From positions 38,106,783 to 38,170,782 of the forward strand of contig MU056905.1 of NCBI GenBank assembly GCA_013239625.1: DNA of 64,000 nt. Reading direction: 5' to 3'. The position numbers were made by a program, and so were the translations under genes. Under the pieces are notes generated by a model, which made no database searches, was not told the origin of the DNA, and saw only the letters and a list, made by a program, of their open reading frames with translations. Positions 21,511 through 36,440 of the stretch are shown in pieces (the stretch's first letter is position 1; each line of letters begins with the position of its first letter). The stretch is from Lama guanicoe. Lineage: Eukaryota.

Positions 21511-23423
21511 TTCTGTTTATCTCCAGACCAAGACAGCACTCTTCCCACTGAACTCTCCCTTGGTTCCCTCTTTTCTCTCTCTTAGTATGAGCTGATCCTT
21601 CTTTATTTTCTTCTGTCCCTTCATTGGCCCCAAGACTCTCAAGGACTTTTTTTTTTTTCAGTTTAACCACATTTGATACTATTTTAACACACATTTAATA
21701 GGATTTTTCTCTACACTACTTTCCTCAGGCACCCAGCAGTATAACCTTATGCTGCCAATATTACTGCCACCTCAGTTAAACAGTTTCTGGCCATAGAGTC
21801 TGGCACTGGAATGCAGTGTTTTCCCCAACACTGGTGTCACTGGCACAGTTTCAACATGTAGAGATACATTCCCAAAAAAGGATATAGAATCACCTTGGAA
21901 GAAGACTTTGGAAGCAAGTGTAAAATTCAGGAAGTTGTTTTCCTTCAGTTACGGGGACACTGTGGGCAAACTTTGCAGAAACAGAAGTGCAGCCCACATG
22001 CTGTGCTGTAGGGTCCTAACCATCTCAGCTTTTCTTCTATCCTTGGGACAGAAACCTGCTGGGCTCATTACCTCTCCTGTTCTTGCGCCACGAGTCCTGC
22101 CTGATTTGGGGCCATCTTTGATTCCTTCTTCTCCATCTCCCATGAAGAGTTAGCCACCGCATCCTGCTAATTCACCTTCACCTTGTCTCTCTGGTTGGTT
22201 CCCTCTTTCTAACTGGTTGCCACATCTCAAGCTCAGAAATCCAATCTCTCTTATGACCATGGCCTCAGCTTCAAACTGGTCTTTCTAGAATTCTGAAAAT
22301 GATACTCGATCACACTAGCTCTCTCATTAAAAGTCTTTCATGTCTTGCCAACATAAAAAAAAAAAAATCCAAACTCTACCAGGGCATTCACAGCCCCACC
22401 CCAACTTACTCATCTCATTTCCACAGAGCCTGTACCCAGCTCCTACTTAATACTCACTTCCCGCACAGAGAATTCAAAATGCCCTGTCTTTGAACTGCCT
22501 GCCCTGTAGCCTGAAATGCCCTTTCTTTCTTTTCCCCTTGTGAGTGTGGTCTAAAAGTCACCTCTCCCCTGCAGATTTCACTGGTGGTTTTCTCAGTCAG
22601 AACCTTCAGACAAACCTTTCTCTGCCCTGTAGCCTTTTCCTTTGTGCTACTGCAACGCCTACATCTCTTTCTTTTCTGGTATTGGAGGACTTCTGGGCTA
22701 ATCTAACAACATCAAAACAATACTCCTGTGAGAAAATGTGTTTTGAATTCAGAACTGCTGGCTTCAGGATGAACCTCGGGAAGACGATCTACTTGTGACG
22801 GGGTTGGGGTGGGGCTCCTTCCACTACTGTTCCTGACTCCACTCCAGTACCCGGGACCACTGTCACCCTCTTCTTCCCTTAGGCACTTCTAATGTCAAAT
22901 TATGCTAACTTCACAGAAATATAATTGCAAGACAGCTGGCTGTAAGCAATGCTCCTTTTGTGTGAGATATAAAAGAGCCACTAAAGGCTTTTTGTATTTA
23001 CAATGAGAACTAGAAACCAGCAGTTCAAAGCTGAATAATGCAAGATGCCTGTGGTTTTTATCTTGACAATTTTGCATAATTACACTGTCTTCTTTCTGAA
23101 CTGCCACAGTGACCGGAAGCCCTTGTAACCATGGCCTTTCCATTTCAACCGGAGACTTCTTTTGGTAAGAAATAGCCTCACTTCAGCTGTCTTGCTCAGT
23201 CCCTTCTGAGCCAGTACCCAGCTTCTGAGTAACTTCAAGTATCATTCACTTCATCTCCACCCCCCCAACCCCATGGATAATGTCTACTACATCTCAGCTT
23301 ACCGTGCTGGATGAGGAAAGTAGTACTTGTATCAAGTAGGGCTCTGAATTTCAGATGACTGAAAGCCCGCTTCAACATGGTGGCTCATTGACTTACATGA
23401 TGGAAAAGTCCAGAGGTAGAGCT

Positions 23424-24155
23424 GTGTGGCATAGACTGTCAACTGTCCCCTAAAATCCTTCCCCCTTCTTTTTAGCAATAGAACCCCTAGAAGTTTTACT
23501 TGGGCACCAGTTCGTCCAGCTAGAAATACTTCTCCCAGACTCACTATGGCCAAATAACCACCTCTGCCTATTGGCAGGGAATGGAAGTGACGTGTGTAAA
23601 CTCCACAGTGTGTCCTTAAAACAATGGTTCTCAACGGGGAGCTGTTTCATCCGCCAGACATTTTGCGATGTCTGGAGACAATTTTTGATTGTCATACTTG
23701 GAGTGGGGTTGGAGGGTAATATGGGCATTGAGTGGGTAAAGGCCAGGGATTCTGCTAAACATCCTACAATGCACAGGACAGCTCTTAACAATAAAGCCTC
23801 ATCAAGCCTGAAATATCAACAGAGCTAAAACAGATAAACCCTGCCTTAAAACCAGCTTCACGCCTTCCCTTTTTCCTTTCTTGCTACTGAAACAGGGATG
23901 TGATGGGAGGGCAATGAACCAGCTTTTACTTTGTAACATGAAGACAGTACTCTGGGGGTGCTGGACAGCAAGATGGGAAGATCCTGGGTCCCTAAATGAC
24001 CTCACAGCCCCAAATTGCCTACCAATCTTGTCCACTCACCCACCTAGGGACGTGCGGGAGATAAAGAATTTCAAACAGAAAAATTCTATCTTTTGGAGCC
24101 ACTGTATTTCGGAGTCTCTGTTCCAGCAGTTACGTCTGCTCTCTCTCTCTAATTC
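23424..24155 (+). mobile_element. Old MaLR/ERVL LTR (MLT1G-J-like) split by MER20
   Basis: tgtggcatagactg...aatagaacccc and agatgggaagatcctgggtccct motifs. Confidence 0.6.
23622..23843 (+). mobile_element. MER20 (hAT-Charlie), full length
   Basis: caatggttctcaac...ggccagggattctgctaaacatcctacaatgcacaggacag...aaaccctg with perfect 8-bp TSD CCTTAAAA (23614-23621, 23844-23851). Confidence 0.92.
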
Positions 24156-27100
24156 AGATTCACCAGAACCAGCAGGGTCCCGGGTTTGCCTGTGTCTCTA
24201 GTCTGTTTTCTGTAGAGTCCTCTGTAGATTTCACATGGTGGCTTCCCTGAGATATCCTAGGCTTTTCCCTTAAGGATGTAAATGACTGCACCAGCCTCAT
24301 GTCTCCTAGCATCACACTATACCATCCAAGGGAAAGACAGTCTCCATCAGAATTCCCAGGAAAAGTCCCAGGTTCACGCTGCTCTGGACAAACCTCGATG
24401 ACATGTGGTCCCTACAGTGATCGCTGTGGTAAAGAGGCTGTAGCGAGCTAGACTGGCTTAGTCCTCAGTCATGTATCCATCCCCAAACCGATCAGAAGGG
24501 CCGGGAATCCTACCTTTGGAGTTGGGAGTTGGCGCAACTCTACTCTAAGCACAAAGCTGAGAATAGAAGACTATGGTGGCCCCTCAAACAGGAATTAGGA
24601 GGCTCTGACCAAGAAGGCTGGGAAGAGAAGTTGGGAGACAAACAACCAATGTGTGTAGAGTTTCTCAGCCTAGGGTCTCTAGGATTCCATCTCTGTCTAA
24701 ACTTGAAAGTGTGTGTAGATGTCTCTTCAGACAGACATTCCTTCCTACTTGAGATCAAATTCCTAGGAATGAGCCCTCAAGTGCTTGTATCAAGTGGTCC
24801 AGCAGTAGCAGAGACCGCTGAGTGAAAACACGGCAGATTTAGGGTTTAGAGTTTCCTTGCCACCGGCAGCTTCTTCTTGTGCATCTATGGACTATCTCAT
24901 CATTAAGCCAAACATTTAACAGTACACAGATAATTAAATACTAACAGGGTTCACAGAGCAGACAATTTCCATTGCCATCACTGGCAGTTACAGCACATTT
25001 ACTTGAGGGGGGTCTTTATAAATAATTTACAAGTACTGTGAGAAGACTACACTGAAGAACTTAGTATCTTTATAGTTTAAAATGCTCCCTGTAATGTTAT
25101 AGCAAGGATGTAGCATTAAAAATATATTCTGGGAAAATCTTCTATGGGAGCCCACAATTTAAAAATGAATTTATATTAGTTAAGTGCAGTGTTTGCCGGA
25201 AGAAAACAACACTGCATAAGTGACTTGCCACAGAGAAAAGCAACCTCATTTTAATCAGTCAGATCAGAAATTAGCAAAAGCTGACTTCGTTTGTTAATGG
25301 TGGCGGACTGCTTTGAGGAGACAAAAACATAAATGCAAAATTCTATTGTTAGGAATTAAATGGAAAGCATTTTTGGTCGTGGGGAGGAAGCCACTGAATT
25401 CCAACAATCATTTTTGTTGCTGCCAAATGGACTGAATACGACTGCCAGCCCCTTGACTGAAAATGTGGGAACTCTCCTCCAAAACCTGGGGAACAGGAAT
25501 CCAGCAAAGGAAGACTTCACATATGTGGCACATTTATCCACTGACCTTTGCAGAGGAAGGAGTACACTGCATTTGCAAAATCTGAATCTTCTCTGTTCTG
25601 TATTTAAGGTGGAATCCTTCATCTATAATTCAACCCTCTTTTCCCTGAACTTTGGAAAGGTCAAACACGTAAGACTAGGAACGGTAGTAATTATGTCTGA
25701 TTCTTTCTGGATGACTACAAAGAGTTTGGTGGCATGACCACGTCTAAACTGTTTGTATGAGCTGATTAGAAAAAAACAGTCAAAGGATTCAGCAAAGCAA
25801 ACCAAATTGAAAACGGCAGATTTCACTTGACTTGTATTTTTTCCTGGACAATTGTGCTTAGACTCTTGTTTATGCCAGATGAAAGGTCACTAGTAAGATA
25901 TCTCTTTCTTTTTTCTTCTCCTTTAAAAAAAAACAGCAATTATTAGACATTTCTACTTGATGAGATGATGCTGGTAGCACTGTTACTTGATAACATCATT
26001 GCTGGGATTTAAAAGTAACACAACAGATGGATGCTACTCCTTACCGACATGGAGACGGTTTCTGGACAATCCAGCCTGAGTTCAAAACAAAGACAATGTG
26101 AGAACAGAGGAGCTCTTACACATAATATGACTGGACAGGGTGAGTGCTCTGTAGCGGGGTTACTGCAGGCTCGCCCAGTTCACAGATTGGTTCAGGCAGA
26201 ATCGACGTCACTCTCATTGACTCCCTGTTCTTTGTATGTACTTGCTTTAAAATATCTCCGTGTCTTTTAAACATTCTTCTATCTAAGCCTTAGAAAATTT
26301 ATGGATGGAGATTGTCTTAGGATAATTGAGAGAGAGATTTGGAAATGTTTCCATATGAAGTGGAGGAATCTCTCTCCATGTCCTCATTTTGAATTGTTTC
26401 TAGAACTTGTCTGTCTCCTTGAGAGCAGGGGAATGGCCCCTGCGTTTTCTTGGATGGAAGTATCTCACTGCTTTTTTCTCTGCTTGAAAAAAGGAAACGC
26501 ATTCATGTTCTCAGGAGGGTTCCTTTCTCCTTGCTGTCCCCTCTCTGGGCCTTTACGTGACATTGTTGAATCTGTGGACCTAGAAGAGGATGAACAATGA
26601 AGCCTCATTTTCTTCTAGAAAAAGACATAATGGTTTTAAGACTCCTAATATTGTTGATAACTCATACTTGCCCACTCTGGTTGGAGATTTTACAGTATGA
26701 ATAATGCACGTAGCATTTTAGAAAGACACAAAGCGTTGAACACCCTCGTTGGCTTGTTGTTAGTTTCTTTATTTGAATGTTGATTTCCTTTATCCTTCCC
26801 GAGAGAGAGTTCATTCTGGTTCATTGATGGCCAAATATGGTTCTATTTTACAAAGCTGTGAAACTCTGTTTGAAATCAGCCGGTGCCCTGCACATCAAGA
26901 AGATAGGTAGCTTGGTAGGAGAGACCAGCTTCTACCTTGGTAATCTGGTTCTCTTACAATATTGTAAGGGGCAAATAAAAATAAACTATGGCTTCACTAT
27001 TATACTTCATATAAGAAAATGATAAGGAGTAATATCATTCTGGGGTGATTTTACTGCTTTTTATGACGCAAATTTGTGATTAAAGTCAATCACCACACAT

Positions 27101-28319
27101 CCGCACTGCAGAGCTCAGTAAAAGCTCCCAATAATGTTATTGTATACGTGGATGTCTTTGGAATTGATATCACCTAAGATACTTCATCCCTCAATCTGGG
27201 AGAAATGAACGTTTGGGGTGCTAGTCAAATTCTTTATACAGAAAATTTGGTTTCTATGGATTGGTTTAATTCTTTGCAAGATTCTGGAGGAATTCACAAA
27301 CTAAATGGCCCTGGAGGAGGCGTGGAGGTATAAATGTTAGGGCCGGTCTTAGTTCCCCCACATTTTCCACGTTCTTGAATCACAGATATTCTTTAAGCTG
27401 ACATCTCTTACTTTCATGACTTTTGGTCAAATATACCACGTAGGTGGTAATTCTACTTTTCTTGCTATTATTCCTTAGCTCTATGGAACAGAATCCGTTC
27501 ATTCATTCATTCACCTGCTCAGTCCCTCATTTACTGAGTGTCTATTATGTGCCAGGTATTCATCTTTCAGCCAGTGTCCTGTTCAATCTCATATCCCCAG
27601 GCTTGACACAGAGTCTGGCACATGGTAGGAATCCAGTAAATATTTCCCAAATGACTGAATCCATCAGTGAAGTATAAATATCTACTGAGCAACTCTTAGG
27701 GAAGAGATTGAGGGGATACAGAAAACTCTAGAATCCAGTTTGTTCTGCAAAGAGCTCACATTTGGCCGGGAAGAGAAGACCCAAATTCCTGAAAAGTTAA
27801 GTTTAAGTCAACTCACATCTTTTTGTAGTAGGAAAGATAGCTTAAGACAGTGGCTGTTGTTTTGCTGAATGACGTGTACAAAAAAGACTGTAGGGGAATT
27901 CAGAGCAGGTGGACACCCTTCCCTCGGTTGGAAATGCTGAGTTTGAATTCAAGGCTCTGCACTTAAGGGATCCAAAGAAATGTCACAGAGAGAGAACTAA
28001 CCTTTTGTCAATTCTAAAAATCTTCAGCTCTTATGTCTTCTTTCCCCTCCACCTCCACATACCGATGTACAATTTCACAAAACACGAATACAACGCTATT
28101 TGGACAGTGTTAAACTTATATAGAGAGGGAAGAGGTCACTAGACAGATTCTCTTTCTTTGAACCTGTGTTTTCCTTTGGCCTTTTCCAGTCTTCCTGAGC
28201 ATAATGGAATTTCATGGTTACCCTAACATGATTTCATAAATAGGCAATTTATACATCTTAAGATGGTTTAAACGAAATGGAATTTTCTGTGATGTGCAGA
28301 ATTTTATGAACCATAGAAT

Positions 28320-28660
28320 CAGACCTTCCTGCAACACTTGCAGGGCCCAGGTTAAAGCTACAAATGCAAGTTCATATATCGTATGTCCAAACTGTTAAAA
28401 GTTATAAACTAAAACACAAAGTGTTAAAATAGGTATTTTCTATTCTCATATCCCGACAAGTGAACATTTATCATAACCAGGAAATCCAGCTTTCAATGGA
28501 GAATTTTCAGACTTCTTGGGGTTCAGCAATGGAAAGGGTCCCCTATTTCTCCTGACGAAACTCCAACATGCACTGTTAAGAGGTTTCACACACACATACG
28601 GGGAGCCCCAGCCTGTGTGTCCAGGCTTCACTCGCTGGTCCCCCGAGGCTGCTGCTTAGC
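28320..28660. mobile_element. hAT-Tip100-class DNA transposon relic
   Basis: gcagggcccagg...tacaaatg...taaaagttataaa motif resembles Tip100-family consensus; subfamily uncertain. Confidence 0.45.
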
Positions 28661-30951
28661 CATCCCTCAGCCGTCTTACAGCTGAGGGACCTGAGACTAA
28701 GTGATGGCTCTATGGTCAGACAGTTACTATTAGTGATCATACCAATCCTGTGCCTTTGAACATTCATCTTAGTTCAATATTCATCAGCTTTATCAATTTT
28801 AGACTACAGACATTGTACAGTGTCTGAGGAAGGATGGAGAAAACATGATATAACTCCTTATATGGTTTTCAGTCCAGTAATTATACTGTAACTGAAGTGT
28901 TCACATGTCTTAACTAGACTAACAGACCCTGAATGATCTTGCTCCTGCCTGCCTCTCCAGTTTCATCTCTCAGGATGCTCCCCATGCTGCCTCCGGCCCA
29001 GGACACTTCCCTTTCAGCATCTTGAAAGATTTCCTCCCTCTTTGGGGGTGCATGCCATGAAATGCCCCCTCTTCATGTCGCCAGCCTGTATGTCTTTAGT
29101 TAAGCTTAGCTCTAATACCACCTCTTCATGGAAACTCTTCGACTCTCCATTTTACAGCATCTTCTCCTTTTACAATCTTCATAAAGGATGGTCATAATCT
29201 ACTAAAAGGATGACAAATGGGAGCCAGTGAAAACAGCCGATGTACCCACCAACCCTCTCCCCGAGCTCCTCATCAGAAGTACTCTGACAGGTGCTGCTGT
29301 GGACTGATTAGAACCCGACAAAATTTAGCAGCTGAAATAACTGTAGTGAGTTAATCTCTTGATTTGCGTTGGATCACTAGCGGTCAAGGACATGAGTTTT
29401 CTTAGAGCAGAGGCAATAACGCCATGAACTCCTTTTGGAGAAAAGCTCTTCCGTATCATTCTTCTGAAGATTATGCCCTATTTGTAAAGCAGGTTTATCT
29501 AGCCAAAGGCTGTGAAATACGGTTTTTTTTTCCTCTTGAATAACTGCCTGTGGTAAGGATGAGGTTAGAACATTCTGTTCTCATTCTTCTCAATTTAGCA
29601 TCAGGGTGGGAAGGGGAGCGAGTGTTAAATGCTAAGAACTGTCAACCCTCGGAGTGAAGATTAGACACAGGGCAAATATTCTAAAGCCGGCTCATGGTTT
29701 GCCTTGAAAGTCCATCCAAGAGAAAGCAGAGAAAATTAATTTAGTGGAATTGTTGGGCAGAGTCAGAGGTCTGATTGTGAATCTTGTTGGAAATATTCTG
29801 AATGATTAAGATGCAAGTCTACTTTCAAAAGGGTTAATTCTCACCAAGCTGAACGTGCGTGTACTTCCAGTAACTCACAGTTTGTTGCTTAATCTGAAGA
29901 CCATTTTAAAGGGACAGTTAAATACCTTTATTGAATAAATGAATAAGAGGGCAGACGTTATGTTCTAAGACCATTTATGGGCTCTGAATTAGATGGAAAA
30001 CCTCTCTGTGTTTTTAATGGCTCTTCTAGGGAATGTCATAAAGGAGTCAAAGGCCGTATGCCAATAAGCAACATCCACGCTTTTTAGATAAAACCATTCC
30101 TAGCAACTCTGTTAGATGAAGAAAAGTCAACACTTTACATGAGCAATTTGAATCTGTAGTGCTGGACTTTCAGAGTTAAAATTTAGCTAAGAAATTGTTC
30201 ATTAAAATATCAATGTGTTTCCCTCTCAAAAATACTGAAAGAGAAAGAGTTATATTTGGGCAAATGAAGGATAATCTTCTTACACTGACATTTTCAACGA
30301 GGCAGTCAGAACAGTCCAGAGAATGTAATGAGGTAACGAATATGAAACTGATATTTGCCCTCAGTTCACAGCCATGCGATTTCAGGCATACGGACAGGCC
30401 TATGGTACAGAAATGAAAAACTGGCCCTGAATGAGTTCACTGGCCTTGACTTAAGGTCTTCTGTGCAAACAGACTCACTGCATATGGCTTAAAAAAGGGA
30501 GAGTCCGACAGACTCTTTCTTCCCAGAGGCCACCGTGAACACGACTGGATGAAAACTGAGTTGGAAGGAAAGCGGTTTTGGAAGTTCTTGGAGGGCAAAT
30601 TATCTGATGAGTCAGGTTTATTGAACATTTATTATATGCCCAATGCTTTGCTAGATGATCTGCGAAGATGGTAGGAAATAAGGACACGTGCTATGACCTC
30701 GGAGGAAGTCACAGCGAGTGAGAGTTTTCACCTGAGAACATAATAAATATTAAAATGACATAAAACGCGGCCTTGTTGGATTAGAAGGAGGCAGTCATGC
30801 CTGTTGGTCCTATTTGGGCCTGTGTTGTTTTTTCTTGCTGCTGCTTTTTTTTGTTTATGATAAAAGTATCACCTTAGATTTGAGAATTTTTATTTTAAAA
30901 TCATATATATATATTTTTTTTTAATTGGGCAATTGGGAAACATTTGATCAG

Positions 30952-31055
30952 ATTCTTTTTTTTAGTCATTTTAATTTTTTTGTATCTTTTTTAAATTGAA
31001 GTATAGACAGTTTACAATGTTGTGTCAATTTCTGGCATAAGGCACAATGTTTTTC
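30952..31055 (-). mobile_element. Short camelid L1 3' end (sense to SYT1)
   Basis: attgaagtatagacagtttacaatgttgtgtcaatttctgg is the reverse complement of the 14400-14447 segment; flanked by tttgatca repeats. Confidence 0.8.
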
Positions 31056-31639
31056 CTGCTTCTTTGATCATAATAAAGGCTTCATATTTATCACTGGAAT
31101 TTTTTAAGGTCCATATTAAAGTAGTACCAAAAGTTGTGCCCTCCCATTAATGGACAGGGCAGTGATTAATGGAAAACATTTAAATATAAAAACCTAAACA
31201 GCCAGATCTGCATATAATCACAAACACCAGTTTCACAGAAAAACGGGACACCCTATAGAGGTTAGACTTTGTGGCATAACTCTGAGAAGATCAAAATAGT
31301 AGCTATCAAGTTTATTTAGGAACCATTAGTGGCCAGTCAATTGGTTTGTAAAAATCAATCCTCACCCATCACCTGTCAACCATACTGCAGCTTCCCTAGA
31401 AAATCCTCAAAAGACACAGGCTGAGCAAGAAAAAGAAACCAGGCAAACGAAAGCTATGTGAACGCTGCTGAGAAATCAATACAACGTGGCCATGCATTTC
31501 AAACTGCAGGAGGAGGGAAGGCATCCGTATGCTCACGTCTGTTATGTTTGTACTGCCTTCCTTACTCTGGGAGTGCTGCAGGACCACTGCGCTTCCACAG
31601 ACACCTCTGCATAGCCTAACTGTGAACAAATCTACACCG

Positions 31640-31640
<1 letters not shown>

Positions 31641-31670
<30 letters not shown>
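31641..31670 (+). repeat. (AC)15 microsatellite
   Basis: Direct reading. Confidence 0.95.
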
Positions 31671-31671
<1 letters not shown>

Positions 31672-33539
31672 ACATCACATCTGTGGCATTTGTTCATAAA
31701 GGCACTTTCAGGCAAAGCACCTCATTCATGTGTGAGGCTCTCTCTATGGTTATTTGTTTTCCGGCAACGCAGAAATTCCTCTAAATAGGTCATCATCATA
31801 CTGATTATCATCTCCAAGGTAACCAGCTTGCAAGGCAACTGGCTAAGGATTACATTTCTGGGTGGGGGAAATTACACCAGAGGCACAGCAGTGACACAAG
31901 AAGATGCAATCCAGCTAGTGCCCTTCAAATTCCCTTATAAGTGCAGCATCTATCTAATATTCTCTGTAATCTGAATTAAGGATGAGTTCTTCAGGAGACA
32001 TTTCTAGGTAATGCTCAGTCTCTTACTGTACACAATAAAAAGCATTTGGTTGTTTGGTTATTTCTTTTACTGCTTAGGTTCAGCAAATAGGTCTAGGGGC
32101 TTGGGGTTTCTCATGCTAACACGGAGCTCAGATCTTGGTGGAAGTCTAGAGATAGATATTTATTCTCACTTCCTGCCTCTGCCTGCCACTGTCTGTATAG
32201 GTGTTTGTCATACTTAGAAGAGCGACTGGATTCGGATGGGATTGTGCAAGAAAAGTCTTGAGCATAAGGTATCATAAATTGAACTCTTCTGACAAATGTG
32301 ATCCCTAGATATGAAGGAATCCATTTTTCAGCGTCCAGGGTTAAGACTAGCCAACGTCTTAGAAGTACTGTCAAGTTTAAGTCCTTGAAATTGTTTTTAG
32401 CCAAGAGGAGCTGACACACAACCCAACCAAACTGCTTCAGCTTAATGTTTTTTTTTTTTTAATCTGAGTCTTAAAGTAGTCAGATAATTATTAGTTCATG
32501 GCAGTCTTCATTTCTGCAGACCACAGGCAGGATATTTAATTCGAGTTAAAAGAACAAGTTGAGGCCTCCAGCTGAAGGCGACAGAGTGAAAACAGATCAT
32601 AGAATCTTGCCTTCTTCCTTTCACAACTATAAAAGTGCGTGCCAGCCACAAGGAGCACTAGCTCCCTCCTCCCCAACAATAAACCAGCTACCAAATTAAG
32701 GCAAGGACTGCCACTTAATAGTATGGGCACCAAAACAAAACGTGCAAACATACACACACGTGTGCAAAATGCTGGCCAAGAAAAGAGGAGATTCTGGAGT
32801 AACACACTGCAACTCCTAACCCTCACCTCCCTCCCAGCCCCTGTGAAGATTTACTGGAGAATCTGATTAATCTTAAGCCTTTGTTATTGTCCTCAAATCT
32901 AGAGAAAATTAAACGGAATGACTATCCTTTTTTCCCCCTCTTTTGACTGAGGGGTAGCAGAGGGGCTACCAGGCAGAAGTGGACGGCTCCTTCCGGATAC
33001 CACATTCTATCAGTAAAGATACCACAACGAATATAAACCCATGAGAAAGGGATTTTTTTGTCTCCTTTGTTCCCATTGCCTAGATTAGTATAGTGACTAG
33101 CAGAGAACAGGTACTCAATAGAGATTTGTCAAATGATTGCAGACAAAAATTTGAGAGGGTTCCCCTTCAGGGTGGATGTGAGTCCTGATTGTAGGGGGAA
33201 GTTAGAACTAAGTTCAAAATGCCTGTCAAATCCCAGAGGGGAGAGCAGAATCCAGGACTTCTAATTCACACAGATGTCACATAGTCTCCTCAGAGCCCCT
33301 CTGCCCTTCAGTCTACAGGAAAGTGGATGGAATTCAATGCCAAGTTCTCAAACCGTAGTTCGGGGAGGGGGAAAACAAGTTAGAGTCAATGGAAATGGAG
33401 TCAAGGAGAAGTCATGTGCACTGGACCAGAGCAAAGAGAAGGGCTGCATGGAACAAGACGGGGGGAACAGAACAGTGACAAATATTGAAGCGTGCCAAGG
33501 CAACGCTCCCAAACAAACAAAACCAATCAACCCTTCAAA

Positions 33540-34290
33540 GAAAGAAGCATAGCACACACAGGAATGATAAAACCCCCACCCTTAAAGAGCGTAATCCAAA
33601 GCACAAACCGAAATGCCTCACAAGTGCTCTGTACAGTGAATCAAGTTAATGAGATCATGCACTCAGAAAAATATGAGCTAAAAGATGAGCTGACAGAACA
33701 ACAGGAAGGTTATAGAATTAAAGAGGTGGAGGAGAAGAATAACATTATAGAACACTAAGTAAAGGTGGCCTAGCAGGGAACAAAATAAATATGGCTGCCA
33801 ACAAAGTGACTGCCCTAGAAGAGAGGCTTGTGAACGTAAGAGGCGCAACGGGATTAGAAGATAAGAGACGAGTTCCAAAGCACTTGAGCAAAATCGAGGA
33901 TCCCAAAGAGAAATGGAACAGGAAAAGTATCTGCAAATATCATACAGGAAAAGCATTCGTGAATATCCTACGAGGAAGTGTCACTAAGGACAAAGAATAA
34001 CCACACTTAGAGATGGAAGGAGTTTACCATGTCCTAGGAAGTACTGATGAAGGAACTGTCGACACTGCACAACCACAGACACGTCTCTGAAGGAACAACT
34101 GAAATTCAAGATTACAGACATTCCTCGGGCATCGAAGCGGAAAAAAACAAGTCAGAGACAAGGAAGCAGATGCTCAGCTGCCCTCAGGTATCTCCACCAC
34201 ATTCAACACAAAAGCAACGTGCACACCAACCAACAGGTCAAGGCAGATGTTCTATTATGAAAGAATTTCGGTCAAGGCTAACGTATAATC
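33540..34290 (+). mobile_element. Degraded HAL1 / L1 ORF1-like relic
   Basis: A/G-rich coiled-coil-type broken ORFs (ALEERLVNV, EKWNRKSI) and a taccatgtcctagg motif. Confidence 0.5.
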
Positions 34291-34555
34291 GGGTCTTGTG
34301 AGTTTCTGGTTTCAGTGATTCGGGATGATGGCGTAGCCACCCTTAGAATATCTCTCCTAGCAGTTTCCAAAGTGTGTCTTCTGAACTCTGATTCTGTCAG
34401 GTGTTCCATGAAAAAGGGGGTTGTGTTCAAGCCGCTTAGAAACACAGAATCTCTGTGAGTCTTACCTTACAGATTTATGGTACACAGCAGCGTATAAAGG
34501 TCTCTAAGTCATTTTTGCACTGGAGAAACCTGGTTTTCTTTAAAAAAAAATTCTT

Positions 34556-34660
34556 AAAATGTGACAATGAGTGTGTATATGTCCATGAATGACTGAAAAA
34601 TTGTGCTGAACACTGGAATTTGACACAACATTGTAAAATTATAAATCAATAAAAAATGTT
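34556..34660 (+). mobile_element. Young camelid L1 3' end inside an old hAT element (~34360-34760)
   Basis: gacacaacattgtaaa..ttataaatcaataaaaaatgttaaaa; TSD AAAAAATTCTT (34545-34555, 34661-34671). Confidence 0.85.
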
Positions 34661-35714
34661 AAAAAATTCTTTAACCCAGCATTTTTATTGAACGAAATTT
34701 TACTCCCTACAACACCTATTAACGCCTTTCTGAAAGCATATTCGACAGATTGCATCTGGAGAATGTTTAATCTATGATAAATGAAGGGGGAAAAGATTTA
34801 ATAACCCCAGTAGCAGTAGTCAATCCAAAAGCAAGTCATATTTATTTGTCTACTTTCCCCCTCAAGGACAGTAATACAATTTTATTATTCATTCATTTGT
34901 TCCTTCGTTCATTCATTCATTTTAAAGTAGTGGAATTTTAAGATCCAGTTCCAGGAAGGAAAAAGTCTTTGCAGCAGAGTGGTGACAGTAGGACAACCTG
35001 GAAAGTACTGACTCTGCTAAAGCTGCCATTTCCAATCTTTAAACACAGCTTAGTTTCACATCTGCTTTGTTGAAAGGAATGCACCTTTAAAGGCTTCATT
35101 TCCCACTATGGAATGCTGGGCGTGGCAAGACTTCAGCTCAGTACAAATTAGAGAAATTCGAGGAGGGGTATTGAAACTGAACAATTTTTCTTCCTTAGGG
35201 AACCAGGAACAATGTAACTAAGAAGGCAAAGGAATAAATATCTCCTATTGCAGAAGAAAAACAAAGCCACAACTGCATTGCATTACTTTTCCCTACTTCT
35301 CAGTATTTTTCCAATTTACTTAAGCAGTTCCTGACAGTGTGCAAAGCCTTCTAATTAGGTTACATACCACTGCTTCAGGATGGTGGAAGCTTTTGCTGTC
35401 TACTCACATCCTCTCTTATGTAAAGTCTTTTAACTCAGGACTGACTGGTCTCTCCCTCCCATCCTGTCAGCAGACAGATATGTGCCGGGAATGTGGAGTT
35501 ACAAGTGGGAGGAAGCTTTCAGCTTTCAGATAGTGTCATATTTGTCTGTTCTTGTAAAATATTGCCAGGGAGCTGATGGCGGTGAGGTGGTGGGTTGAGG
35601 AGTGACTGGCTTAGAGAAGGCCACAGGATTTCTAGGAGCGAAGGAAGGGATTTAGGAACTGGAATGCAGCAGAAACCATGATATGCTGCCCCCTGCAGGA
35701 TTTTTAGGGAAAAA

Positions 35715-36440
35715 CACACCAGTTGAAATTGACTAAATACAAGTTAGCAATATCAATGTCGACGAGGATGTGAACAGCAGAAATGCTCATATTCTTGTGG
35801 TTGGGGCGTTATGAAGTAACGCCTGGAAGAGCTTCAGCTGTACAAATTCCTCCACCCCAGCTATCCCACTCTTGCATGAATTGCCTGGAGAAACTCGGCC
35901 ACATTTGTAGAAAGAGACATGTATAGGAATGCTCCTTGTTGCATTGTTTGTGACAGCAAGAAATTGGAAACAACCCAAATATTTATCAGCAGAAAACTGT
36001 AAACCTCAGTTGGGATATATTCCTACCATGGAAGGCTCTACAGCAATTTAAAAATAACAAGTCTAAATTAATCAACATGGATTCACCTCCAGAATATAAT
36101 TTGGAGAGACCCGCTCCTGCATAAGGATACATACTCGGATACCATTTATATGTATAAGGTTTGAAAACACATCAAATACACAGAGTCTAAGACCACTTAT
36201 ATCGCTGGAAACATGCGAAAACAAACCTGTGTGCGTATGTAATCAAAATGCGCCCAGGAGGGGTGAACATAAATCATGAAAACAGGCCTGAGAATCACAA
36301 ACACTGAATTTAAGATAAGTTACCTCCGAGGAGAGAAAGAGTAAAGGGACAGGGAAGGGTATGCAGGGGGTTTGATGATGTATGTTAGGCTTTGTTTCTT
36401 TTGTGTACCGGAGACAGGAGTGTTCATCATATTATACGTG
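35715..36440 (+). mobile_element. Ancient L1M 3' region
   Basis: gaggatgtg, gcattgtttgtgacagcaagaaattggaaacaaccc, ataccatttata motifs. Confidence 0.75.

Noticed and set aside
27166-27180. Minus-strand LGDI, resembling the upstream SYT1 exon (KLGDICFSL)
   Set aside because: Continues as NSKDI rather than CFSLRY; chance match.
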